NCBI GenBank assembly: GCA_964016885.1
Contig: OZ024745.1
Coordinates: 70,680,001-70,744,000 of the forward strand
Source of the DNA: Eledone cirrhosa
Taxonomy: Eukaryota
Direction of reading: 5' to 3'
Length of the DNA stretch: 64,000 bases
Part shown: one piece after another, positions 43,912 to 56,499 of the stretch
How positions within the stretch are numbered: the first letter of the stretch is position 1
Layout of the letters: every line of letters starts with the position of its first letter
Program-made: the position numbers and the translations under genes
Notes under the pieces: model-generated
The model's database searches: none
Told to the model about the DNA's origin: nothing
What the model saw: only the letters and a program-made list of their open reading frames with translations

Positions 43912-45684
43912 ATGATGTCCCCAGATGTATGTGAAAGTACAGAGGACCTCCTCAGCAGAATCAGTGAGTGCAACAAAAACAGGAGCCTATCCAACTGCAT
44001 AATAGGCAGCATGGATGTGGTGTCACTGTACCCATCCATTAACATTGATTTTGCTGTGAAAAGATGTGTGGAGATGATCATTGAGAGTGAGGTGGAGTTC
44101 TGCGACGTCGACACAGACGAACTGGGCCTCCTACTTAGACTTACCTACGACACTGACTACCTAGACAGCCATGACCTTAGATGTTTCTGCCCTAGTAGAC
44201 CTATAAGAGGTAGACCCCCCACCATAACCTCAATGGCTAAAAAGACTCCCATAGGAAGGTGGATTGGGTGGACCAAAGCTATACGGACCCCCCAAAACAC
44301 TGATCAGGTAAGAAAAATGGTCGCACATGCAATAGGGGCTAGTATCAAAACTACCCTAAAGGGCCACATATTTAAGTTCAATGAGAAAATCTACACCCAA
44401 AATGAGGGAGCAGCCATCGGCGTCAGCATAGCTGGCGATGTTGCCAACCTTTTCATGGTATGGTGGGAAAGGAGACTTAAAGATCTCCTTAATGAAAGCT
44501 CCATAGACCTCATCATGTACTCTCGTTATGTAGACGATATCACTATAGTTATAAGAACACCCCCACTAGAGAGCGCTAACAAGTTTGATTTAGAACGTAG
44601 CACGATGGAAAGCATCCAGCAGATAGCTAATTCCATACACCAGAGTATAACTGTAACTATAGACTTCCCTTCCAAACACCCTAACAATAGACTACCTGTA
44701 TTAGACACAGAACTCTGGATTAACACTATAGACGAGAGAGCCCAAATTCTCCACTCACACTATGCTAAACCCATGGCCTCCAAATACCTGATACTCAAAA
44801 ACTCAGCAATGTCCAGTAGTGCTAAGTTTAATATTCTGATCGCAGATTTGGTACGAGTGATGAAGAATGTGTCCAGCATGTGCGACCCAACAGAAATGGA
44901 AGGACACATCCAACACTTCATCAACCGCATGCAGTTCTCTGGCTACAACCAAAGAGACAGAGTCAGAGTATACGAAGGAGCCATGGAAAAGTATAAGACC
45001 CTCATAGAACTGGACATGAAAGGAATTTGCCCACTATACAGGAGCAAATCATGGAATAGCTTAGATAGGGCTAGACATAAGATAGGGAAGGCCACATCAT
45101 GGTACGACAACCAGAGATATCAGAGTGTCATGTTTGTGGACGCCACCCCTGGAGGGAAATTAGCTAACCAGTGTAGAAAGGCCCTGAGAAAGACCCACTT
45201 AAAAATAAAGGTGGTAGAAAAGCCAGGAACCACCATAAAATCCCTGATCAGCAAAACCTACCCTTTTAAGAAAACCCACTGTACCAATAGGAAATGTATC
45301 ATATGTAAGGCGAACCCCCGGATAAACTGTAAAACTAGAAACGTAGTCTATAGCATAAGATGTACAGAGGGTACTTGTAGAAACACGACAACAACATACA
45401 TAGGTGAGACAGCTCGTAGCATAGGTGAAAGGATAGACCAACACTGGGGGGAACTAAAAGGACGAAAAAACGGGTCAGTACTATACGAACATGCTAGACA
45501 ACATCATGACGGTAACATAGACAACATAGAAATTAGAATAATATCTAAACATAGGAATGACCCAGCAGATAGGCAAATCAGAGAGGCCAGTGAAATAAAA
45601 ATTAGAAGACCAAAGCTAAACAGAAAGAATGAGTGGAACAACAACAACACCCAAACAAACAACACTGACCTAAGAGAAGTATAA
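43912..45684 (+). CDS. PLE reverse transcriptase + GIY-YIG endonuclease (N-terminally truncated, frame open)
   Basis: [20 protein letters not shown]...[18 protein letters not shown]; Cys-rich linker CTNRKCIIC; VVYSIRC...[16 protein letters not shown]...REASEI...PKLN. Confidence 0.95.
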   Translation: MMSPDVCESTEDLLSRISECNKNRSLSNCIIGSMDVVSLYPSINIDFAVKRCVEMIIESEVEFCDVDTDELGLLLRLTYDTDYLDSHDLRCFCPSRPIRGRPPTITSMAKKTPIGRWIGWTKAIRTPQNTDQVRKMVAHAIGASIKTTLKGHIFKFNEKIYTQNEGAAIGVSIAGDVANLFMVWWERRLKDLLNESSIDLIMYSRYVDDITIVIRTPPLESANKFDLERSTMESIQQIANSIHQSITVTIDFPSKHPNNRLPVLDTELWINTIDERAQILHSHYAKPMASKYLILKNSAMSSSAKFNILIADLVRVMKNVSSMCDPTEMEGHIQHFINRMQFSGYNQRDRVRVYEGAMEKYKTLIELDMKGICPLYRSKSWNSLDRARHKIGKATSWYDNQRYQSVMFVDATPGGKLANQCRKALRKTHLKIKVVEKPGTTIKSLISKTYPFKKTHCTNRKCIICKANPRINCKTRNVVYSIRCTEGTCRNTTTTYIGETARSIGERIDQHWGELKGRKNGSVLYEHARQHHDGNIDNIEIRIISKHRNDPADRQIREASEIKIRRPKLNRKNEWNNNNTQTNNTDLREV

Positions 45685-45934
45685 ATAAATAAGTAAATTA
45701 AATTAAATAAAATAAGATAAATAAATACATACACAAGCACATAAACACACACTAGTCACCCAGCAGACACAACACTATACACACTAGTCACACATCACAC
45801 ACGCAAACGCATGCGCAAAGAAGACAAAATAAAATAAGATAAACAAACAAGCAAACAAATAAATAAATATATAGACGGACTGAACAAAAAAAATGGCGTA
45901 GACATACAACACAACAGGAGGAACAATGAATATA

Positions 45935-45977
45935 ACACCACTGACGATGTTGCAGATGTGCAACGAAAGATTTATGT
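45935..45977 (+). ncRNA. Minimal hammerhead in the PLE 3'UTR (weak stem I)
   Basis: CTGACGA-tgttgca(gatg)tgcaac-GAAA-gatt-TA-tgt, at the same position as the hammerhead at 21218. Confidence 0.7.
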
Positions 45978-46250
45978 AAACTATATATATATGTGTTTGT
46001 CTATATTGTATCTGTATTATTTTATTTTTGACCGCCGGTCAGTCAATGGCAACATTGAGGACCGAGTAAGTTAGATCGCAGATATATATATATAAAAGAC
46101 AGCGAGAAGCGAAAACCAACCAAACAGTGAGTGTGTTCTGTTATTAATTCTGGCAATATTACGCAAATATGACCCTCCCCAAATATAACAATATATATAT
46201 ATAGATATATAGATATATAGATATATATATATATATATATACATTTCTGC

Positions 46251-46358
<108 letters not shown>

Positions 46359-47108
46359 CTCTGTGTATATATATATATATCATGAAACGTCTTTTGGAAA
46401 CTGATGTAATGGTGTATGATATCCATTAGTAATTAATCAGGAATCAAAAGCAGTGTTGAAATGATGATGACAGCCTGAACTATGTCTATGGTAAATAACT
46501 GGTAAGAATCCATATATTTGCTAACATCTGCACATCATCACACATCATAACATCTAGATAAATGACAGTGTCCACCTTTGTAGAGATTTAACAATGACAG
46601 TGTAATAATGACTTGGAATATATTTCGAAGAAACGATCAGAACTTGAAATCCACGTGGAATTTCCTTTTCTGCTTCGGTCAATTATATATCTGTAGTTAT
46701 CAAGCTACAGTTCTCGTCCTGTAGAAAATATTTCTATAATCCAATAAATGTGCATATACTCTACTAACGTATTGAGTACCTTTTTTAACTGTGTTCCCTT
46801 CCCAATATATATAGGAAATCCATCAATGAATATGTGTGTGTATATATGTATGCATGTAAGTACGTACTATTACGTATATATGTATGCATGTATGTACGTT
46901 CTACGTACAAATATATGTATATACGTACTATGTACGTATGTATGTATGGATGGGTGGAAGCATGCATGGATGTTTGTATTATAGATATGTTTTTCAGTAT
47001 AAGGATATAGATAGATTTAGATCTATAGACAACTATAGAGAAAATGAGCAGAGAAAAACCAGTATACACAGAAAAGATATAGTTATATTCATATGTAAGT
47101 AAGCGTAT

Positions 47109-47253
47109 GAGAGTGCGTATGCGCGTATGCGTTTGTATATGTGTGTGTTTGATTGCTTGTCTATTTATTGTTTGGGTGCGTGTGAGAGTACGTATGCGCG
47201 TATGCGTTTGTATATGTGTGTGTTTGATTGCGTGTCTATATATTGTTTGGGTG
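47109..47253. repeat. ~75-bp tandem duplication
   Basis: GAGAGT(G/A)CGTATGCGCGTATGCGTTTGTATATG...TGTTTGGGTG present twice. Confidence 0.85.
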
Positions 47254-47843
47254 TTTGTATATACGCATGCGTGTCTTTCATGCACATATTAAAAATATAT
47301 TTAGCATCAGTAAATAATCATTCTTAAACGTTCGAGAATAAAGAATATATAGACTATTGCGAAGAAAAAAATCCGTGATGAAGATCGAAGTATCCTCAGT
47401 TCTTGATATTCTATGAAAAGCCATGTTTTTCTAAGGCCACCTGCCTGAATGTATTTGGATGAGTAATTCCGTAACCTTGGATATTTTCTCAAGAATGAAA
47501 TAGGCTCCTGCAAGTTAGAAACACATTAACTCTACCGTCATGCTGGGTTTTGCTTGTCAATATTGGTTTTGTAGATATAGTCAATCTATGTGTATATATG
47601 TGTATATAAGTATATGTGTGCGTATGAATGTATGCATGTATGTATGCATGTGTATATGTACATATATATGCGTGTGTTGTATGTATCTAAGTATGTATAT
47701 CTGCAAGTATGTGTATGTATATATATATATATATGTATGTATATATATATATATATGTATGTATATGTATATATCTGTATATATATGTACATATATGTAT
47801 ATACTCCCACATATATACTCACACATGAATGTTTATATATCTG

Positions 47844-47876
<33 letters not shown>

Positions 47877-48387
47877 ACATACATATATATATATATGTAT
47901 GTATGTATTCATATATATATATATATACATATATATATATTCATATGAATATATATATGTATATATATATATATGAATATATATATGTATATATATATAT
48001 ATGAATATATACATATATATATGTATATATATATATATGTACACACACACATATATATACATACAAACATATAAACATATATGTGTGAGTATATATGGGC
48101 GTGTTTGTGTGAGTGAATTGTGTATGTTGGTGTGTTTGTGTGGATTGGTTAGATTTTATGTTTACAAACACAGAAAAAGAACTACATAAATATAATAGGT
48201 TCAGTATATTTCTATTAGAACTTGAAGCTTCATGAATCATTAATGTCTTTCACGTTGCCGATTATCCAAACTATTCGAGAAAGGGATGTATATGGATGTA
48301 CTGATGTATTGAACCGTATCTCCTGAGGTAGTCGTAGGGGTGTCGTATTGATATACAGCATCAATATATTATATATATATTATATTT

Positions 48388-48586
48388 AACAAAGAAAGTG
48401 TGGTAAGAAAACAGGTGAACCATAACGCACCAGAGTACTCGATACTTAGGGTAGTAGAGTTAGTAATAGGAAAAGAATCAAGACCACGACGGCTGAGCTC
48501 CGGCCGTATCGACAGCTATATCCGACAGCGCTCGGATCTAGCTGTTGAAACGGCCTGAGATCAGCTGTCGGGATCTTGACTCTTTT

Positions 48587-48589
<3 letters not shown>
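48388..48589 (-). mobile_element. Family A short element with fold-back
   Basis: Hairpin centred on CCGA-CAGCGC-TCGG (about 48522-48535); tail matches 10511 and 41668. Confidence 0.8.
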
Positions 48590-48626
<37 letters not shown>

Positions 48627-48787
48627 AATTATATCTCATATAAAATAATACAACTGGCTTTCCACAAAATACATATAGTTAGCACCCCAAACACAAAATT
48701 GGGATTATACTAACGTATATCCTAATGTTTGTTGAGTGAGATGGTTACCACTCAGAATTTAGCTTAAAGCTTTCTCTGTTATTCTCT

Positions 48788-48864
<77 letters not shown>

Positions 48865-48984
48865 GGCATGTGTAAACCTGGCGGAGCCCATCTCCTCTCC
48901 AGGTCTGAATGCAGCAGATTTCTTCCAGAGAAGGATAGGAAGTGAGAGAAAGGAAGTCAGAAAGAGATAGAGAGGAAGAATTGA

Positions 48985-49135
48985 CCCCAGTACTAGACTG
49001 GTACTTTGTTTCTCCACCTCGAAAGGATGAGAGGCAAAGTTATCCTCGGTGGGATTTGAACTCAGAGAGCAGAAAGCCGAACCGAATACCGCAAATCATT
49101 CTATCCTACATTCTAACGACTCTACCATTTCACCG
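48985..49135 (-). mobile_element. Diverged SINE family 1 copy (a plus-strand diverged copy lies at about 49310-49520)
   Basis: CTGGTACTTT...AAGGATGAGAGGCAAAGTT...GGATTTGAACTCAGA. Confidence 0.7.
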
Positions 49136-49617
49136 ACTATTGTACCAATATAAGACAATATATATATACGTATATACATTTATGTCTTATATTGTTACAA
49201 AACACTTCGATCAGCTCTCTATAGGATTACTCGCTTTTGCTTTCGTCTCCATACTTGAACAAAATTCCACAACGTTTGTGTCATATTCAATCTTAATAAG
49301 CCTGATAGTTTGGCATAAATGGTAAAGCATCGGAAAAAATGCTATTGTAGTTTTTTTTTGCTGGCTCTTTACATTTTGAGTTCAGATCCTGCAGGGGTTA
49401 ACTTTGCCTTTCATAATTTCGAGGTCGATGAAATAAAGGACGAGTGATGTACTGGGGAGGGGGTGATTTAATCAACTTTGTCTTCCTCGAAATTTGCTGA
49501 CGCTGTACTTAAATTAGAAATCAATAAGGCGACCACGGTCGCAGTTGCTTTAAAATGTTTGCCATATCAAAATCTATATATTCAGGCTACGAGTATTTAT
49601 TTGTATCTATATGCTTA

Positions 49618-49700
<83 letters not shown>

Positions 49701-50225
49701 GTGTGTGTGTGTGTGTGTGTTTGCATTTGTATGAATGTATGTTTGAGCGTGTGTATGTAGTTTATAGTTGGGTGTGTCAGTGTGTAACTAATAAATTGAT
49801 TCAATAATACAATGTGATGATCGAGTGAAAGTGCAATGTAAAAAGGGAAGAAATGAAAATAGAGCGCGTCTGATCTAGTAAATAACAACGTACTTTTAGC
49901 TTGAGAGTCTGCGCAGTGTAAATATATTATAGAACTATTATGGAGTGAAGGATCCTCGCTGTGATATAAACTATATCTGAAAAGTCAGTAGACACATATG
50001 CACACACACACGCACACCCTAACACATACACACACATACACATACACGCCCATACACACGCACACACAGGCCCACAAAGACGCACACACACACACACACA
50101 CAAACATATTCCATGCCTTATCTGCCACAGTCGGGGTTCAATAGTCATCTAAAGACCCACGGAAGAAGTGGTAATATTTGATACAGGCATAAGAAAGTAG
50201 TTTTGCTTAGATTCTAGTCGACAAC

Positions 50226-50265
<40 letters not shown>

Positions 50266-50282
50266 CTATCTCCCTGTCTCTA

Positions 50283-50331
<49 letters not shown>

Positions 50332-50333
<2 letters not shown>

Positions 50334-51699
50334 TTAAGTCGTTTGGAAGCCTCGACAATGCAAATGGGTAAATCTCCGAGTAACAAGGTCCGGTGGTGGA
50401 GAGAGAGATGTAAGTGGGTGTACGTTGAGATGCGTGGTGTGTATAAGATGTGTGAGATGTGTAGAATGGAGGGAAGAGTAAAAGGATAAAAATAACAACA
50501 CAAGAGAGAGTTACCTTGGGAGAGATTTAATAGTCCCTATATATTTCGGATTCAATCCATCAACTGGGGTTTTTTTCAGGGGTGGGGGAAAATGTTGTCT
50601 GTCGGACAAGTCCGGAAGGCGTCTTTCGCTGTTTGCTGATTTGAATATCTGAGGTATTCGGCAGAGCGCGCGTGCGCGTGAAACGGGGTCGGTCGTACAA
50701 AGGTCAGCGGCCGAATGAGGGAGTGGGATGGCGCTAGCTGGTAGTCCATTCTCTGCCTGTTTGTTAGATGTTACTGTGTGTGTGTGTGTGCGTGTGTTGT
50801 TGTCTCGCGTGAGTGTGTGTGTGTGTGTGTGTGTTGTTGCCTTGTTCATCTGTATTGGCAGTGTAGTATGTTCGTATGGTGGAATGCTACAATGTGTGTG
50901 TGTGTGTGGTTGTCTCATTTGTGTGCGTGCGTGTGTTGTGTGTTGTTGCATCGCTTGTTAACTTAAACCAGCCATTTCATTTCGCTTCTCTCTAATCGGT
51001 TGTTTATTTGCGGTTGCAGGCGTTTGATAAAAAGTGCTTCCTTGATACGTAACGTGCCGACGTTTCTTTCAGTCGCTAGAATTGTGACAATGGGCCTTCC
51101 GTCTTTGTTTCCGCATTTGTCTATGCGTTTCCGGAAAGACGAGGCCCTGGTTTTAGTGTGTTCCTTGATCCGGATGTGCAAAGGTCGAATTGTGCTACCT
51201 ATGTAATATTGGTTGCACCTGTCACATTCTATCTTATACACGACGTATGTGCGTAGGCAACAGTTAGCATGGCGTATGGGGCAGTCTCTGAGGGAGCATG
51301 CGTCAATAGATTTTTCGGGTTTCCTGGAGAGGCATCTTCGCAGGGAGGGGCCCGAGTGGGCCAGGTGGATGTCGAGGCCCTCCCTCCGTATAGCCTTGCG
51401 GATAGCGTTGGTGGTTTTCTCGCCCAGGTGTAGCATTTTAAGGAAGCACTTGCCTTGGGTGTTTCTCTGTCTCTTGCGTCTGGTGTCTCCTATTTTGTCT
51501 GTGATCGAGGTAGGGTACCCCTTCGTCTCCAGCACCTCGAGGAATCGCTTGGTATGAGTGACACCACTCGCGGGATCGCTGCATCTGTTTTTGATTCGCG
51601 CGATCTCGTTCGTGATGTATCCTCTTTTGGCACTGTTAGGGAGGGCGGACTTGTAGTGAACGAATAGGTCCCTGCAGGCTGCCTTTCTGTAGAAGTTGC
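50332..51699 (-). mobile_element. 5'-truncated Penelope-like element of a second clade, in (TA)n
   Basis: RT C-terminal region + GIY-YIG, CA-rich 3'UTR, hammerhead-like core at 50535-50582, (TA)n at both ends. Confidence 0.88.
50963..51699 (-). pseudogene. PLE RT C-terminal region + GIY-YIG fragment
   Basis: FYRK...FVHYKSALP..AK...NE..RI..RCS; VVYKIECDRCNQYYIGSTIRPLHIRIKEH; LRIKEALFIKRLQPQINNR. Confidence 0.9.
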
Positions 51700-51714
51700 A
51701 TATATATATATATA

Positions 51715-51940
51715 CTTTTCTGCCAATAAAAACACAGGCACCTGTTGGTTTTCGCTTCAATTTATTACAAATTTCCAATTAGGTGGTTTATTTATTGTCA
51801 GAACTCTTTTGTCACACATCCTGTGACCTCCTCAGTGATTAATTTGTTATTTTGCGTCTCTTCCTTGTCTGTCCTACATCATATTGTTTTTGTGTGCTTT
51901 GTATTTGGGTTGCGCATGCGTTTTATACGTGTGTGTGTGA
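51715..51940 (-). mobile_element. Solo pLTR fragment related to 21120-21410, with a decayed hammerhead
   Basis: Minus strand tca-CTGAGGA-ggtcaca(ggatg)tgtgac-AAAA-gagt-TC-tga at 51798-51838; tail AATAAATTGAAGCGAAA...GGTGCCTGTGTTTTTATTGGCA. Confidence 0.8.
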
Positions 51941-52357
51941 TTGGAAGCGAGAAACATAAACGAGCTCCAACCAAAATTAAACAGAAAACCTGAGTGGAAT
52001 AGTGTTATTCTCTAAAGAACTGAATTGTCAAAAGTTAAATTGAATTTCTTTTAAATAGTACTTGAGGAAAGGTTAAATTGTTCAAAGTAAGTTTAAATGA
52101 ACATCAGTTGGTTTTAGACAATGAGTGTTCCAGGTGTGCGATCAATGAGCATGTTAATAACACATACACACTTAACTAAATTCGGCGTGACACCACGTGC
52201 GACATGGCTGGACCTATAAATTACAGGTAGAATATATCCGTTGAGTTTCTAAACTATTTCTGACTTATCAAAGTACTGGGTGCTATATAAGGTTACTCCC
52301 TTCTTTTATAGTAGTTCTTTTGGAATATGTCTCATCCACTAGTGGAGTCATAACATA

Positions 52358-52458
52358 CAGGGTGTTCCAAGAAAATGTATACACACTTTCATTACCTGTA
52401 CAGGCAAAATTTATTAGAATGCTGTTGAAGTATGTATACATTTTGGTGGGACACGATG
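52358..52458. mobile_element. MITE copy (family of 29751-29842)
   Basis: TA-CAGGGTGTTCC...GGGACACGATG-TA; shared internal TTTATTAG...AATGCTGTTGAA. Confidence 0.8.
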
Positions 52459-52988
52459 TATATCGTCGTACTTCTACACAGCATGATCGTCATTAACTCC
52501 AGGTCAGCTCTATGTTCAAGCAGACTTATGTTGAAGGGTGTTCTATTTATGACCACATCACCCTCCACTTGTTCATTGCATATGTATGACTATATTATTC
52601 AATATGTCTACTGCCTTCTTAATCCATTCATTATCCTATTTCTAATTTTGAAAATAATTTGGGCTTTGAAAAATAGCTTAACAAAGTATCTTACATAAAA
52701 TTATGATGAAAGATTTTCATATATATATACTTTAAAATACACTTTATATTATAGAATCAGAGCCGGTTTCAGGCGGATTTGTATTAAAAACAATTAAGAT
52801 TTCAAACTGGTCGAAGGTCGACTCGAGGTTTCCTCATTTGCCTCTACATCTTTATGTCTTACGCAATTTGTTTTTATGAAAACATTACGTTATTGGTGAT
52901 GAAGAAATCGCAATGTAATGTAAACATCTATTATAAGCATATCAGTGCTTAATGTATATTTGTGTGTAGGTGTTCTAGTTTCTCCCCC

Positions 52989-53071
<83 letters not shown>

Positions 53072-53288
53072 AATATACATGTATACATACATATATATGT
53101 GTACAAAATTACACAGAAACACACACATATGTATACTTGCATATATGCATATATGTATTTATATGTATGTATACATATATATGTATGTATACATATATAT
53201 GTGTACATACATATATATATATATATGTATACATACATATATATGTATACATACATATAAATACATATATGCATATATGCAAGTATAC

Positions 53289-53401
<113 letters not shown>

Positions 53402-55192
53402 CGTGCGTGTGTGTGTGGGGGGGGGGGGGGGGGGGGGGGTTATGTTGTAAACACATATCTAAAATGTTTATGGGGTGTCTATGTTGTTCAGCACAAAAAC
53501 TTTACTTAATGGTTCCCTTTGTGTACAACAGATTTCAATATTATAAATAGTATACGACATAACTGAGTCCTATCGCAGCATGGTTCAAGACGTGCCATGT
53601 AGGCCGCCATTGCAATAAGTTTTCCTATAAAGATTAAGACGTTTTAAAAGAAGTAAAGCCCCATGCAAATTGCGAGTTATATTCGTCTTTAGAAGCTTGT
53701 CATTGAATAAGTTTCTCTATACACTTTTACAACAAATATGGACGTATAAACCCCAAATAGTACAGGTTAGCAGTAGATAGATTGTTAAATAATGGAGTTT
53801 GGTTTTATCTTAATATCCAATGTTTTTCGAGTCAAAAAACGTCTGACCTTCGTTTTATACTAACAGCAATATTTGAAGGAGGTTTAGGTATTTACTTGTG
53901 TACATTTATGGAATCGTCTACCATTGACACTATATGGTGTAGTGACTGTGTGCTGAAAAAGTTCTCCATGTTTATAGAAACAATGTCACATGCATCAAGG
54001 TGTGTTTTCTTATATTTCTTTGTTTATACGTGTGCGTTTGTATGTATGCATCTGTTTGGTCTGTGTGAGTTTGGTTGTGTGTGTGTGTGTTTTATAGTAT
54101 ACTACTCGAATGGATTTAAAGATTTCTACAATTCAGTAAGGAATTCACTGATATATGTAAATTATGAATATTTAAACATTGAAGTCCATTAAACTTTCAA
54201 AATATCGCTTCGCTTCGCAAATCAAATAGTATCTGCACGACTTACGTTCATCAACTTCCAATAGAAATTCTACTTCTGGTAACATTATAATACTTAAAAC
54301 GTCATTACAATGTACTTCACCAAGACATAAATCTTAATGAGTCAGAAACTCACAATTTCATTTGCTTATCATCACGATGACCATCGTCATCATCATCATC
54401 AACAATATCATCATCAGCACCAACACCACACCCACCACTTCTACCATTAACATCATTTTACGTCTGTTTTGCATGCTGGCGTTGGTTGGAAGGTTCGTCA
54501 CTGTCCGGGATATAAGCATGCCTGGCCTATGCATTCCATATTTCAAATGGCTTTTACGGTTGGATAACCTTCCTAACGTCAACTAGTTTACATATGGTAT
54601 TGGGTCCGTTTTATTGTACCAGGTTGTCATGTTTTGAGCAAGACTGAAGAGTCCTCGCTATTTATGTTGTCGCCGTTCGATGGTCAACCAATTTACAGGC
54701 TAAAGTATTCAGTGATACTCACACAAGAGGAACCAACATGTCCTCGAGATGACCGAAGTGCCCACTTCATTCCATTCTCGGTTTTGATTATCAACAATTT
54801 TGTAAGAAGTATTAAGTGCATTCCATATAGGCAGCGTTTATTAGCTGTTAAGTAATAAAATTAGCTGCTGAATCGTATGAATATATGGATTACACAACAC
54901 CTCTAAATCTAAAGTTATCTCCATAATTTTGAAAATAGGCGTTTTCTTTGTTTATTATAATGGCATATTAACTTACGGTTGTGTTTCTTGATGATGCGAA
55001 TAAGGTTTTACAATTGAATTGGAAAAATATATGGTAAAATGCTTTCTCTTATGGTATAACGAGGATGATTTCGTTTGAGTTCTCGTGCCGCTATGTGATA
55101 GGACCCATTTGTGTATTTATTACTTCGTCCTGTGTGTCTCTCTCAATCGCTCTTTCTTTCTTCCCTTCTTTCTATCTCTTATATATTATATA

Positions 55193-56113
55193 CTAGCAGT
55201 AAAGCCCGGCGTTGCTCGGGGTCGCTCAGTAGCTGTGTTAAAGTTACAATGTTAAGTTTCTTTCTTGGCTTAAAAACTGTAGTGTCTACTGTGCAGACTT
55301 GCATGTGGTGTTTTTGATTAATATTCCCTCAACCAACAATATGCCTTATGAAGTTAAGAAAACATAACGATAACCCGAATGTTATAACAAAAGAGGATGC
55401 TGGGGATAGAAACTGCACTGGTTATTTATTAACAAAGATCGAAAATGTAAACACTGCAACGCAGAGAAAAACATTAGCGTAACCAAGTTATCAGTTATGT
55501 CTGTCTGCACGCCTATATCACCTCTCTGCACGACTGTCTGTCTGCACGCCTATATCACCTCTCTGCACGACTGTCAGTCTGCACGCCTATATCACCTCTC
55601 TGCACGACTGTCTGTCTGCACGCGTATATCACCTCTCTGCACGACTGTCTGTCTGCACGACTGTCTGTCTGCACGCCTAACGACGAAATATTTGCTTGTT
55701 TTACGTAGTCTTTAAATAGACTTGTTTTCAAGTAAAAATATTGTTTTAAAATGCTTTTAAATGGAAATGAAGCAAAACGGAAGCTTAGTGTTCGAACTGA
55801 TGAATTTTGCAGGTCAATATTTTGCTGGCTCGACAACTGTTCGTGTATTGTGTTAATGTCATTTTAACGTAAGACGCTCAATGTAAACAGAACAAAGGGA
55901 AATAACTGATAACTTACGCTCAAAAATCGATACATTATATTCGATTTCGTCCTATAGGGTGGGTCAATTTGAAATATTTTTTTTTCCGATGTCTTCGCTA
56001 GGGCTCAATGTACAAGTCTAGCAATTTCGGTGCAATTCCGTGAGAGATTCTAAGAGGAGATGTGTGCCAAAAATCGATAGACAGACAGACAACCACAGTT
56101 TTATATATATAGA
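55193..56113 (-). mobile_element. Non-autonomous Helitron
   Basis: Minus strand starts A|TCTATATATATAAAA and ends with the hairpin CCCGAGCAACGCCGGG, then CTAG|T; A/T insertion site with no TSD. Confidence 0.8.
55498..55678. repeat. 37-bp tandem repeat (~4.5 copies) inside the Helitron
   Basis: TGTCTGTCTGCACGCCTATATCACCTCTCTGCACGAC units. Confidence 0.93.
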
Positions 56114-56283
56114 TTATACATATGCATACAAGCATCCATATAATTCTCATCTGAAAGGAAACTTGACTGACACTGTGAAGAATTATACCTTTAATACGCT
56201 TAATATAAATACATGCTCTTTTTACGTACAGTTCACTTCCTTGTAAAGGTAGCCACTGCTAACAGTATTACACACAAACACAC

Positions 56284-56342
<59 letters not shown>

Positions 56343-56499
56343 TTTTCCAGAGTTACCTTGAATGGCAGATGATTTGACATACATACTTACATACATAATA
56401 CATACATACATACATACATACATACATACATACATACATACATACATACATACATAAATACATACATACATACATACATACATACATCAGAGATTTTAA

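Larger units (their letters stand above)
43893..46191 (+). mobile_element. 5'-truncated Penelope-like retroelement inserted in (TA)n, probably Naiad-like
   Basis: RT + GIY-YIG ORF, 3'UTR with hammerhead, (TA)n on both sides, terminus shared with 21426 and 33212. Confidence 0.93.

Noticed and set aside
43912-45684. Selenocysteine recoding, as reported for some Naiad PLEs
   Set aside because: The ORF has no in-frame TGA and ends at TAA.
47340-47520. Possible minus-strand exon (CTAAC..TTGCAG acceptor at about 47510)
   Set aside because: No recognisable protein and no convincing donor; cannot be supported without transcripts.
51700-51778. N-terminal part of the 271-aa ORF 50963-51778
   Set aside because: It is chance read-through across a TA tract from the adjacent non-coding pLTR; homology starts at about 51699.
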